Assembly: GCA_051362555.1 (NCBI GenBank)
Contig: CM120641.1
Coordinates: forward strand, 46,878,401 to 46,942,400
Source: Lingula anatina
Lineage: Eukaryota > Animalia > Brachiopoda
Length of the DNA: 64,000 nt
Direction of reading: 5' to 3'
Shown here: positions 1 through 28,084 of the stretch, in pieces
How positions within the stretch are numbered: position 1 is the first letter of the stretch
Layout of the letters: the number at the start of each line of letters is the position of its first letter
Notes under the pieces: generated by a model
What the model was told of the DNA's origin: nothing
Databases searched by the model: none
Seen by the model: the letters and a program-made list of their open reading frames with translations, nothing else
Position numbers and translations under genes: made by a program

Positions 1-242
1 GGCAATAACAGTTGGATTTTTTTCTTTAATGAATGTGAAATTGCTTTAAAAATATACCATGATAATTTTTCTTTTTCCAAATTGCATGTTGTTATACTGG
101 TAGTAAGTGACAATTAAATGATGTGAAAGCATTAAACTTTATATGGTGGATAGTACATTATAAGTACTAGTATTTAGAAGCAGACATTTTTTAACTGTTG
201 GTGATCAAAATATGAAAAAACAACACTCGTATTTATACTTTC

Positions 243-248
243 TTTATT
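243..248 (-). promoter_or_regulatory. Candidate polyadenylation signal (AATAAA) of the WDR64-like gene
   Basis: tttatt on the + strand is AATAAA on the - strand, ~950 nt downstream of the stop codon in an AT-rich 3' UTR. AATAAA is common in AT-rich DNA, so this is tentative. Confidence 0.35.
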
Positions 249-1190
249 TACTGTAAAGAAATATATAGCAAGACAGTTAGCAAAACAAGATAGATGAACA
301 CATTAGTAAAAAATATAAAATTCAATACAATTTATAAAATGCTCTCTGTTTTCAGACAAATGATGACATGTGATGGCGGTGGGATTGGACGGAAATTTTC
401 ACAACAAAAGGAATGCTGATGACATTTATGCAAAGTAACTTGACAATATTAAGTTACATATAATCTGCACAAACAATTTTACTGATGATCAGAGGTTGTT
501 ACATATAGCCTCATAAAATTCAATAATATGTACACAGTACAAACATTTCCATTAATTTTACACAGTCACAAATTTCAAATAATCACTTCATAATATCTTT
601 AATATATTATTTAAAATATACAATGTATATACTTCAAATAATATTTATACAAAAAAGTATGTGAATTCATTAACAGGTGGACAGCAAAATTTAAGCTTAA
701 CTGCACTTGAACTGTGATAAGCTCTGTCAATTAAATACATGTATAATCACATTAAAAGATTTATTGAGCAAACCAGTCATTTTTTCATACTGTCTCAATC
801 ATTTCTTTATCATAATACTTTTGTCTTAAGGCAAAAGAAGAAAAAATATATTTTGGCAAATGTTACAAAATGAAGGGTCAGTGGGTTTCTAATTTCATTG
901 GACATAGTCTGTATTATATAACCCGTGTCAATTCCAAATGCTATGTAATGAACAGACTTATAATCAATTTGGCCTGCCTTGGAGTTGTTTCTCAACAATT
1001 TTAGAGTTGTTTGATGTATCATTTATTGAGAAAATAGACAAGTAAACAATCTCTTAAAATATCTGGTTGTCCAGTTCAGATCTGGCAAGTGGCTACATAA
1101 TCTACTCCTTACATACTGTAGGATAACTGGTATTGGTAACACTACTGCTATTACCACCCTATCTTGTGACCATGATAACAGGCACGGTTA

Positions 1191-17031
<15,841 letters not shown>

Positions 17032-17147
17032 TTTTCAGCTTTGATTTGCAGGTATCAACATTAAAACTCTTAAGCTCTGTCCGTCTAGAGTTACATATTA
17101 AAAGAACGACTGGTAAGTCTTAAAATTTCACCTTTACTGCATGGTCC

Positions 17148-17203
17148 CGCACATGCGCACTTGGTACAATGTTGTAAACACACCGGCTGCCAACCATGGA
17201 GAT
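17148..17203. promoter_or_regulatory. Candidate WDR64 proximal promoter motifs (NRF1-like, partial X-box)
   Basis: cgcacatgcgca (NRF1-like) and caaccatggagat (partial RFX X-box) lie 120-170 nt upstream of the first ATG, where CpG content rises. Motif matches only. Confidence 0.3.
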
Positions 17204-18691
17204 CAATCGCATTGCGGTAGGTGTGACAAACACTGGTTGAGATTTAGAATTCATGAAGTGAATAATCTAATCATCATGACAGAGATTGCGGCATACAGAC
17301 CAAAAAGTTACGAAGACTCGGGTCTTAAGCACGTCTATAGAAGACATAAAAACTTGATTAATTACCAACTTTTCAAAACGTTTAAAGTGTTTAGGCCCCC
17401 TAATTAGATATGCTATCTTTCTAATCGAGAGAAAGGTCCAAAAGGCGATCTACAGTTTTTTTTATTTGCCACAATTTTTAGGCCAATTTATTATTTTTTT
17501 ACAAACGGGTTCCAAAATAGAACCTGTCAAAGTCAGGAAGTCAAGTAGGTACAAAAAATTAACAGCGTCATAGAACATAATAATACAGTCTAGTAGGGTG
17601 AAAGAACTATCCTGCAGCGATTGGTCCTAGACTCTAGGGTCAGACATTCCGCTGCGCTCAGAGTGTTTCAGATTTCATGTCCTCCTTGACGCTTTGTTTT
17701 TTCAAGAAATTGTAAAGAGATCTCTTCCCAACTTCTTGGTTTTTTGTACAATAAATTCTGTACCCGCAAAGTACAAAGAATGTCAGCGAAGCGGTATTTT
17801 TAGCTTTTAATTGTATTGAAACTTTGGAATCTACGTAATCATCAACACCGAATTAATGTCACCCATTATGTGTGTGTCACTAGTAATTTACTGAGAACAA
17901 CGTGGTTCTTGTGGATGACGTCGACTTCAGCGCCTAGGAAGCACTAATAAGTAGGCGTTACCTTAATTAAAGGGATAACAACTCTTCAGATGAGATTCAA
18001 AATAGGCCTACCACATTGTCAACACCAGTAAAAATATAATATTTTCCATTTTCCCTCCAAAATGGCAGTTATCGCATCTATTCTGATTTCTAGATCTGTA
18101 CTTACAAAAACCAAACTAAAAAAAATCCCCAGGAAAATCTATTTAATTGCATCTTGCCCACAAAATTAAGAGCTGTCATCCTTTTAACTTCATTCTTAAA
18201 AATAGAACAATTCATTTACGTATCATTAAATAAAACAAAAAACACATTTCTTTGTTTCTTTCTTTATGTTAAACAACCGCAAATAACAACACTTATAAAT
18301 GAGCACCATATGTTGCTGTCGTACTGACGAATTGACAGAAATATCACAACAAATTAATGTTCATTAAAAAGAAATTATCAGCATGTTACGACAAAAGTAA
18401 ATTAGCACCGCATATTGTTGCTGTGCAAGCGAATTTCTGAAAATATAGTAACAAATGAATGAATACTTAAAATTCACAGTATCAATATCAATGAGTATTT
18501 ATGCTTGGACGTTATTTCAAAACTACATAACAGTTTATCATTTTTTAACAGAGAACTACGACCCGCCAAAATTTCAAATAGTCATCAACAAATAGCCATT
18601 TTTATGTAAGTGAAATAAAATGTTCAACAAATGTATCTCATGGTATGATAATTAATTATTACTTGTGTAACGTTCATGACAGTATTTCTTT

Positions 18692-19558
18692 TTATTCCTC
18701 AATCCCTCGAATTTTTCTCAAAGTGCTCTGAGAAACTCCACACCACTTATGAAGATTAGCGGGGCCGTCGTCCCGTTTCTTTTTTAGTTTAGGACTGCTT
18801 GAAGATTTCGGCCCTTGTTTTTTCTCGAAATAAATTGGCAACGTATTGTAAACTTTCAGTCCTTCTGGCAGTTGAACGCCATCCTGGGCCTGTCTTTCTG
18901 GGTTGGAGCAATTTTTACAGCAAGTCCTCACTATTTTTCTGGGGCGATGCACAATGCTGTAGTGTCGCGATACCCAGGGAGGTTTTATAAGAGGTGACGT
19001 AGCGATCACGCGTTGCTTTAATACACTAACATCGATTCCGTCAAGGCTGCGTCTTGCGGGGCGCTCCTGTTTCAATTTATCTTTGCTGATCTCAGAAATA
19101 TCGGGCAAACTGTTGCTAAGAGTCCTCGTAAGAAGCGGAGGAAATGGTTTTCGATGAGATTCAATCCTCTGAATTTGTTCAGACGCGCGGCGAGATTTTT
19201 GTCCATAGTTAGTCGCTAGCTCGCTATCGGAGTTACTTGGCGAAGCTGCTCGGAGTTTTTCGGGCGTGGTAACGGGTAGACTGTGAACGGACAGCGTCTC
19301 GACGTCTCCATCGAGATTCAGCTCGTCGGTTATCAATAAGCGATGCATCTTTTCTGCCACAGTTCTACTCACATTGATTTGAGTGTGTTTTCTGTCCTCA
19401 TTAAAGTTACAATACGTTGTTTTTGTAAGGACCAAACCCACTTTTGAATCCTGAACTGCCTTTTCCTTGTTTTTGATAAGATTATTTGTTATACGGGAAA
19501 TTCTACTTCTTCTTGAGAGCAAACTTGTCTCTGGCTGCTCACTTGTATAAGGCAACAT
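18692..19558 (-). CDS. Intronless orphan ORF, 288 aa, basic and Ser/Arg/Lys-rich, probably largely disordered
   Basis: The longest ORF in the window, ATG-initiated and GC/CpG-enriched relative to its flanks. TATA-like TATATAG (19639-19645) and CCAAT (19691-19695) lie upstream. No recognisable domain; it has a CCKNC motif and an NLS-like PKLKKKR. Confidence 0.65.
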   Translation of the reverse strand: MLPYTSEQPETSLLSRRSRISRITNNLIKNKEKAVQDSKVGLVLTKTTYCNFNEDRKHTQINVSRTVAEKMHRLLITDELNLDGDVETLSVHSLPVTTPEKLRAASPSNSDSELATNYGQKSRRASEQIQRIESHRKPFPPLLTRTLSNSLPDISEISKDKLKQERPARRSLDGIDVSVLKQRVIATSPLIKPPWVSRHYSIVHRPRKIVRTCCKNCSNPERQAQDGVQLPEGLKVYNTLPIYFEKKQGPKSSSSPKLKKKRDDGPANLHKWCGVSQSTLRKIRGIEE

Positions 19559-19638
19559 ACCTTACCTGCCGAACTTTTAAAGTTTTCGTAATTGCTTAGC
19601 GTTTTGTAAAACTGACGAAATCGTGGAGCTGCGTTGGT

Positions 19639-19695
19639 CTATATACACATCAGCAGTTTATTTTTAACTCCAACATTGCTGACCTCTCCGCCAAT
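19639..19695 (-). promoter_or_regulatory. TATA-like and CCAAT boxes upstream of the orphan ORF
   Basis: TATATAG on the - strand ~80 nt upstream of the ATG, and CCAAT ~50 nt further upstream, a classical spacing. Confidence 0.45.
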
Positions 19696-20950
19696 CACGG
19701 GGCAGTATTTTATTTCAGTCATCCTTATTTGGTCATTATTACCATTTATACACCTGCAGGGAGTGGTAAAATGAGCCTGTCTGAAGTCAACCAGGCGTGG
19801 AAACACACACTTATGCTTTCAGAAAGCCAACACTACTTACTGTTTCTATTCTTGCACTTAACGCATTGACGTACATGTTATTCAAACACCAAGGACAATA
19901 GCTCAGGCCGCGCTGTATTGAACGGCGTTAATAGGTTGCGTTTGCATAAGGCGGCTTAACCACGAGGTGCTCATGCAATGAAAGTCAAAGTAAATGATCA
20001 GCTTACTACTCTGAGTTTACCTTACGGAGGAAATCCTCACGGGAAAAAGGTCCGATTGTCCATTCATGCTTTGATCGGAAGTGGGACGCTTTATTGTTTT
20101 TAGAGACGATACAAACAAGAGTCATGGTCACCTTATTGCTATTGTTACTAATTATAAATCCAAGACATGGGTTGTTTAGTTTTCACGTGGCAAATCAATA
20201 TATGGTCTTCTTTTCTAGGACAAATTAAGTTGAACCGTATCTTTATAAACGATGATAAACATTTAGACCCGGCCAGTCATATGGGTCTCTGATAGTGAAA
20301 AACAACTTAGTCTTCAGAACCTGAAATTTCAAATTTGAATGAGTTCCGAAGACATTGCACCTATTAAGACCGCAGACATTTTATAACCGAATGCTTCTGT
20401 TGCGTCAGCCTACTTCTAGATATATGTATTCCATTTTTGTATATAACAATTTAAAATCTGGAATGAAGATTCAATTTGATATGTTAAGAAAACATGAAAT
20501 ACCAGACATTAATAATAAAGGCACTTATTATCAAATTAAAGGAAAAGACAGAAGAAAAAAATCATTCCGAATTAAAATGGTTTTGTCTCCAACGACTAGA
20601 TCTTATAATATATTACTTATAGATTTTTTTTACGAACTATTCCTGATGCTAAAACGATAGGGTCGATCGTTTTTACCTTTCATTAGCAATTATCAATTCT
20701 GGCATTTTTCAGGGTTAAAGTCAATACTTATTTAATGCCAGCTTTTATGGCAATACCAAATGAAAGGCTAATGCATACGCTTTACATCCTCAATGCACAG
20801 AAAGATGAATAAGTTTTACAAAAATAAAAATGAATAGGCAAACATCTGTCCAGAAATTAGTGCCTTAACCAGGTAATTGTTATTCACACTGATCTGTGTG
20901 GTTTGTTATTAAGTGCACTGTCTTCAGAACGCATTCACAGGTCAAAAATG

Positions 20951-21223
20951 CCGATTAATTCAGAACAAGAACACGGCACTGTAGAAACCGACCACATCTT
21001 GCAACGGACAAGACGGAGATTTTGTACCCTCTACCCGGGTAATGGAGATAAAATTTTCACTAGATATTCACAGATATTTCTTTTACTAATTTTTACACTC
21101 TTTTACAGCGAGATATACATCGATATGTACAGTAAAAAAAAGAATGGTACAGAATCTCCGCCTTGTCCGTTGCAAATTGTGGTCGGTTTCTACAGTGCCT
21201 TGTTCTTGTTCTGAATTAATCGG
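20951..21223. mobile_element. MITE with ~78-bp terminal inverted repeats
   Basis: ccgattaattcagaacaagaaca.ggcactgtagaaaccgaccaca..ttgcaacggacaag.cggagat..tgtacc (20951-21028) is the near-perfect reverse complement of 21146-21223. Confidence 0.85.
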
Positions 21224-23575
21224 AGTTTCACGGGCATACCCGGAAGGTATGCCCCCGTCAGATGTTTATAAATGCATAAATGTGCACAATTGTGCAATTT
21301 CTTTTTGGCACAGAAATGACGTTATCATCCATTTAGTAGACTAGTAAACTTGGACTACATTCTCTCCTCAATCCATTGGGAGACTAAAAATACTGCAGAC
21401 TTCCTCATTTCAATCAATGGAAGTTAAAGGACTTTTTTATATTTAAAAACGAAGCGGATATTGTGATTGAAAACCATCATAATGGCGAGACTTTTTTCAT
21501 GACGAATAGAATGGACTAGAAACGAGACAGCTTTTTGAATGAATGGAAAAGGTGACGGCAATGATAAATTCTGGGTTCCTTTGAAAGTTATTGTATACCA
21601 TTTGGTTAGCATGGTCTTTTTGGTTTCTTTTTTTATTCCTCTGTCAACTATAAACTTGTTTATCCTGTCTTCATTGCAAAGGTTTTTAAAGGAAAATGTA
21701 CACAAGAAAACTCTCCAGTGCAATCATTTTTATAACATATAATGCAGACAACAACTATGATCTACTTCCTTCTTTGTTTATCCCAAGCTGTTTTATTTTT
21801 TGTTCGAAGAGACGCCCCACCTCATCGTAAGCCTCACGCATCGAACAAACGCTTCGATTAAATTTACGCCATCCCGCTCTCTGCCGAGGCACAAATAATT
21901 GGAAGAGCCAATGAACCGATTTTCCCACTTAAAAGAAAGAGGACTTTGGAAAGAAAGAGGTCGCGGCAAATAGAGGTAGTAGAATATGAGAGGAACAGAT
22001 GTGTTTCTTTTCTACAGTGCACGCGATGGAGAGTTGACAAGGGCTTGACGTAAAATAAGCACCAGCGTCTCAGTACTCTCAGCTACCTACACGTTAATTA
22101 CTGACGCTCGTAGTCAAATTTGATTCGCCTTGGATTTACGTGTATTTAAAAGAAAGTTAACTAGGACATTTTTCCATCCGAAGAGAACGCAAATCATTTT
22201 AGTAGATACAATTCTTAACTTTCATTTGTTCACGATGTTTTAGAGTGTTCATTGGTGTCACATTCATAAATTGCTGATGGCGAGAAGAAAAGTTGTTTTA
22301 CAATATCAATTCCCCTGATTGTAAGGAAAAACCGAGTGATAGAAAGCCAAAAGTTTTCGAATATGCTTTCGTACAAACGAAGAAAGTGTCAGGTTTAGTT
22401 TTAAAAGCGCGTTTTAATCTAGGAAAATCATATACATGTACTTGAAAACGTCCAATTAAAATTTAATAAGCGGCCATCTGCTGTGGTGAGGTATTTGTAT
22501 TACGGATGTGTAAGGTTGGGTGCCAGGTTCCACAGTAAACAGGACTCGGGGATGGCGCATCGGATTACAGCCTGATGTGGCGTGGGTGTCTGGGTGGGCG
22601 AGAGGGGTCTGGAGTGGTGAGGGCGTGGCGGAACTTAGGGTATAGTAAGACTAATTTTATGGATAAACACATTTTGATCCTTCATTTCCTCGGGAGAGGG
22701 TTGGGGGTAGGGTAGATTATAGATAGTTGATGGAACAAGTTCGCAGAGGACCGCGCTGAGATTTTTCGAATCGTAACTGTTAGTTTTTTCCCTGTTTTGG
22801 TGAAATGTACCAGAAATACAGCATTTTTATTTTTGAAGGTCATTTTCACAAAGGAGACAAACATGAAAATCGGGTATTCTGATCGAAATCACGTGAAGTT
22901 ATTTTACTCAGTGTTCAATATCGGCAGTGCAGGCTCTGGGAATAGTTCTTACTGTATGTGCGCGTTTGCGTGCAGGGCATGATCTGTGTTGACTTACTTG
23001 TACATAGTGTAATTAACATACGATTTCATTTTGGGAGAGGCATAACTGGGGCCCTGCCTTTGACGATATTTTTATTGAAGAGTTTCTATCCTAGGAATGT
23101 GTACTGGTACATTGTGGTTAATTCTTCTATTGGGGGACTTTACCATTAATACATTAATCAGTACGATTAGGAAAATAAGAACTGGGAGAGCGAATTAGCC
23201 ATTTGTCCCTTTGCATATAAGTGCAAATATGACACCAACATATTGTGCACACGTTACATGTTTCGAGGAAGGAATAGTCGGTCGGAATTCATTGAATCAA
23301 GATGTTAATCTAAATATAGATGTTGAACACATATCCAGTGCTTTGAAATGGGAAAATGTGGAGTTGACATTCACTGTAGTTTTTAGGTAAAAACAATCCA
23401 ATATACTACCCTCTTCCAGTCATTGTTCTAAATCAGATTTCATATATTTTAATACTTTACTATAAATGCCCACATCAAGACATCTTCACTTTTCACCTAT
23501 TCAAGTTTCTTGTCACTATGGATTTCATCATAAACTATATACAGTTTTTATAATAATATAATTTACGCATATCAA

Positions 23576-23576
<1 letters not shown>

Positions 23577-23614
<38 letters not shown>

Positions 23615-23623
23615 AAAAAAAAA
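23577..23623. repeat. (CA)n microsatellite + poly-A
   Basis: Directly visible. Confidence 0.95.
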
Positions 23624-24629
23624 ATACCATTAAACTGGACAAATAATTTTTGGTCAATATCAGTCTAGGAGAAAAATTGAAGAAAGCAAAAAAGAAGAAC
23701 TTGAAAAGCTTGGCCATTTATTTCTCTGTAGTTCATAATTTTAATGGCAAGGAGAACAGTTTGAGCAACAAAATTTCATTTGAACATGATATCCAAACTG
23801 ATACTGCTACTTTTTTAAAATGTAAAAAAGATTTTACAGGAAACATCTAAAATTTCTAATATATATATATACGCTATAAAAATTCAATATAATACAAGTT
23901 GGGTCAACCTGAGAGGTTTAAAACATCTGGTGCCTATGACAATGGGAGTATTTCCAACTCCACCTTTAACTGGGACATTCATTACTTAATGTCTTGATGA
24001 ATGAGTATGTCTAGTTTTCATGCACCTGCCAAAACTACATCTCCACTGGCATAAAATGCATCAAGTCCTGCGAAATTTCCCTTTCTACAGAGGAGCTGTT
24101 CTAGTATAGGGGGGTTTATATGTTCTGTACAAAAGGAACAAAGTCCTTCAAGATGAATATACACATAATATTACTGTCAAGTTAAAACCGTCATTATACA
24201 ATGTCTTAGATAAAGAACTTATTCAATATTAGAATCAGTGGTTCTTGAGGACTTGTTCTCTTCATAACTGTGAAGAGGGATGGATGTCTTTCTCCTGTAT
24301 CTGTGATTTTCTTATTTTGGCAAACTTTGACGTTAGCACCTGAAAAGTAAAATATCTCTACATTTAGTCTGTTCGCAACCCAGCGTCACAAAATAGAATA
24401 TCTGTGCATGACAAGTTGTTGTGCACTTATCATTAGAGTTGTATACCTTGCCTTTGACAGTCTGTGAAAACTGACAGTCACAAAGTCTCGATGAAGTAAA
24501 TTCCTTATTTTAATTAACACTTAAAACATGAACCTCATTTTTATTTTTGAATATCAAAATAAATATCAAACTGACAAAAATTTTTAAAAAAATTGCAAAA
24601 TGAAGCTCTTTTATAAACCACACTCACCT

Positions 24630-27600
24630 TTACAATTTTAGTAAGAGTTCGTTACATTCATTTTCATCCACGTTATCTGGGCATGCGCATGTGTGGCCAC
24701 CGTACTGGGTAGGCAGGCACAGGAAACGGCAACCTCCGTTGTTACGAGCACATGCGTTTGATCCTGTGATACAAAAAATAACTGTCAACTACTGCAGACA
24801 TAAATCAATCATTATAACATATTTTCAATATTTTGAAATAATAGGAGACACTAGTGAACCACAAAATTATACATTTTAGTCATCAAACACTCTTCAAAAT
24901 TGATTAATCACTGAATTGGCTGAAACATGATCTGACCAAATTGTCAATAATCATTAGTCTACATTAACAAAACTTAGGCTAGTTATCCTTGCCATTGGTC
25001 AGTTATGACCTACTGTGGTCACCCACCTGCTGGACACTGATTCCTGACCACTGAAATTCCATACAACTTGCCATTGCCACCAACAGGCAAACTCAGAGCC
25101 TCGTTGGGACGTCCGCCATTTTTATCTATGTTGGGGATCGTCTTGCTGAAATATCAATGTGACCAATTATTCTATTTCTGGTACTACCAAAACTATTTTT
25201 CTTGGGTCTGACAGTCAATGAAAGCTGAAATTGACCAAGTCTTGACAACTCAAATACCTTAAACAGCCTGGATCAGTTAAATTGATCACTTAATGCAAAA
25301 AGGGCTTTAAACAACCTGCACATAGCAAGGAGATTTGACCAAGTATGGCAAGATATATATAATGCCTTCATACTATCACAGAATGCCATACAATACATAT
25401 TTGTCATTGTGTTAGAGAAAACAGTTAGTTGTGACCACTGGCTACTTACGTCTCCCAGTCCGTCCAGTATATAGTTGTGTCTGTGCTGGCCAGACCAAAC
25501 GGATATGAAGCCAGACCATAGATGGTGCGCCTACCAACGCCATCTATCCTCATACATTCAACCCGCTGTGTACCTACAAATTAACAAAGAAAATGGTGAT
25601 TGAAACAAATTGCAGTAAAATGAAAATAATTGTCATGATGTCCATGATGTACATAGCTAGAGTTTGAACATGTATACAATATAAATACCAAATAAATAAT
25701 TCTGTTTTCAATGTTTTAGTTGTTTGTGCATGGTTGTAACATGCAGATAGTGCCATGTCACCTTTTACACATAGCTATCTGTGATAGGCTATAAATGGTT
25801 GTAATGTGTTATGCAAATGTGTCTTTTGTGACAGTCCAAATCAAAGTGTATTTTAATACCAGTTCATATCGGAACAAAGCTTTGACATTTTCTTCAAAAG
25901 CTTTCAACTTCTCAGAGGCCAAAGACATACTAGATACTCATAAGGGGATCTTAAGTGAACATGGACTACTGTGTGTTACATATTGCACATTGTGTTAGTT
26001 GTGATTGTGTATTGTGTTAGTTGTGACAAATGTTCGCATTACCAGCATCTCCCCAGCATAACTGCTGTGAAGAGTAATCCATGGTCAGTCCATTGGGCAG
26101 CAAAAGGTTGTCCTGGACAAATATTCTACGGTTGGTGCCGTCCATGTTGGCTACTTCAATCTTTGGCTCCCTTCGGTTCCAGTCAGCCCAATACATGTTC
26201 CTTGAATTACATTAAGGGAGTGTGTTAGCTGTGACTGTGCCACTGTGTTAAGAGAACCATTTAAAATATGTGCATATAAATAGAAAACATTTCTCATATT
26301 TTTATCTGCAATATCATACTCAAGGAAAGTAGTCTTCTACATATAACATGGAAATCATTGGTAAATATAGGTCAGAATATCAAAAAGAAAACAATATTTT
26401 TAAAGTGAACAGAATGAGTGCAGTAAAATACACAATCCCTACATAATAAGATACAAAAAATAAACCCACATTGAGTGTCAAGTCATCAATATTTCGATCC
26501 CCCACGCCCATGCTCCTTACCCCCTAGCTGGGTCTACAGCAATGCCTCTGGGGTTGACCAGTCCAGTCTTGAAGAGGGTCTTCCTGTAGGATCCGTCCAG
26601 CCTGGCCACCTCTATTCTGTCCAGAGCCGAGTCTGACCAATACATGTTCCTGGACACCCAGTCCACAGCAACGCCCTCTGGGGAGCCAAGATCTGCGGAG
26701 AAAAAACAGGTAGAAGTTGACAACAGAACCGTGGGCATTATTCCTTTATATTAATTAAGACAGAACCAAAGAAATGATAGAGAGCTTGATTTATGATTTA
26801 CTATTTGTTTACAGCTTTGAATTCTGTATGGGGATATAATACTTAAAATAGGTCTTCTTTCAGGGGCGGATTGAGGCCATCTTCTGGGTCTTCTGGATTT
26901 TCAAGTTATCATTGTCGGGTATCCAATTGTTTCTGTCGGAAAACGGTCAAAAATGTAGGATGGATAAACAAAGATAATTAAGAAAACTGTCAGAAAATAT
27001 CTCTGGATCCGCCCCTGTATTTCTACTGTGGCACTGGTACCTTTGATGACAATTTTCTGATCAGACCCATCCAATCTGGCCTGGCGGATCACCCTGTTAG
27101 AGACATCTGTCCAGTAAATACTGCGCTCATAACAGTCCACATCTATACCAATAGCTGTCTGACCTGGGGGAGGAACATGAATTATAGGTATGTCCATATG
27201 GCATGTATAGACAAATGATATTTTCAAATATACATTGTTATTATCTTGGTTTAACTGTTTAGATTGATACACTTCATGCATATCATAACTGCTGCATGGA
27301 GAACTACACTAGGCCTTTTTTCTTGGTTTTAAACAGTACAGTTTTCACCTTTCATATCTGAATAGATATAACGATATACCTGGTATGAGAAGCACCTGCT
27401 TGCCAGGCTCTCTCTGGCTGGGGTTGAAGGGCACCTGCATAATGGACATGCCTTGAGTATACAGGAGGTAGCTGTCTGCCGCTGAGGAAGCTGTCAAATA
27501 CAGTTAGTATTACATGTTATGTATTTCTTTTAGAACTTGTCATTATTCATATTTTCATGTACCATGACCGACTTTTTTCACTTTGGAATAAATTAACACT

Positions 27601-28048
27601 GACTGTTTCACTTTCTAGTACACAGAGTGCTTATGATATTATTAACAAATCTTAATAGTTACAATTCATTCAACATGAAAATTGACAACCAAACTTGAAT
27701 TTTTTTAATAGAAATATTATTCTTTAATATATTTTTTTATGAAGTTATGAATTATAACATTTATTGCCTACCATAACACCTCTTTCCATCACCACGGTAA
27801 CCTCTATTACACAGACAGACGTAGTCACTTCCTGCCAGAGTGCAGGCGGCATTGGGGTCACAGATGTTGGGGTTGTTCCTGCAGTTGGCTGAAATGATGA
27901 ATTTTATCCCATGAGCCCTTATGAAATGATACCAAGCAAAAGGTTGGTAAGACTTAAGTGGTAGTTGGAAATTGGAACAAAGGCCTCTTATATAAACAAT
28001 TTACAAGGAATCAAATTAAATAGTGTAATTTAAAATGTTATTCTTAAA

Positions 28049-28084
<36 letters not shown>

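Noticed and set aside
18295-18465. Diverged ~100-bp tandem duplication downstream of the orphan ORF
   Set aside because: It is short and degenerate with no structural or coding signal; treated as neutral.
24190-24339. Additional coding last exon of nidogen
   Set aside because: An in-frame TAA precedes the donor at 24627, so this exon would be untranslated.
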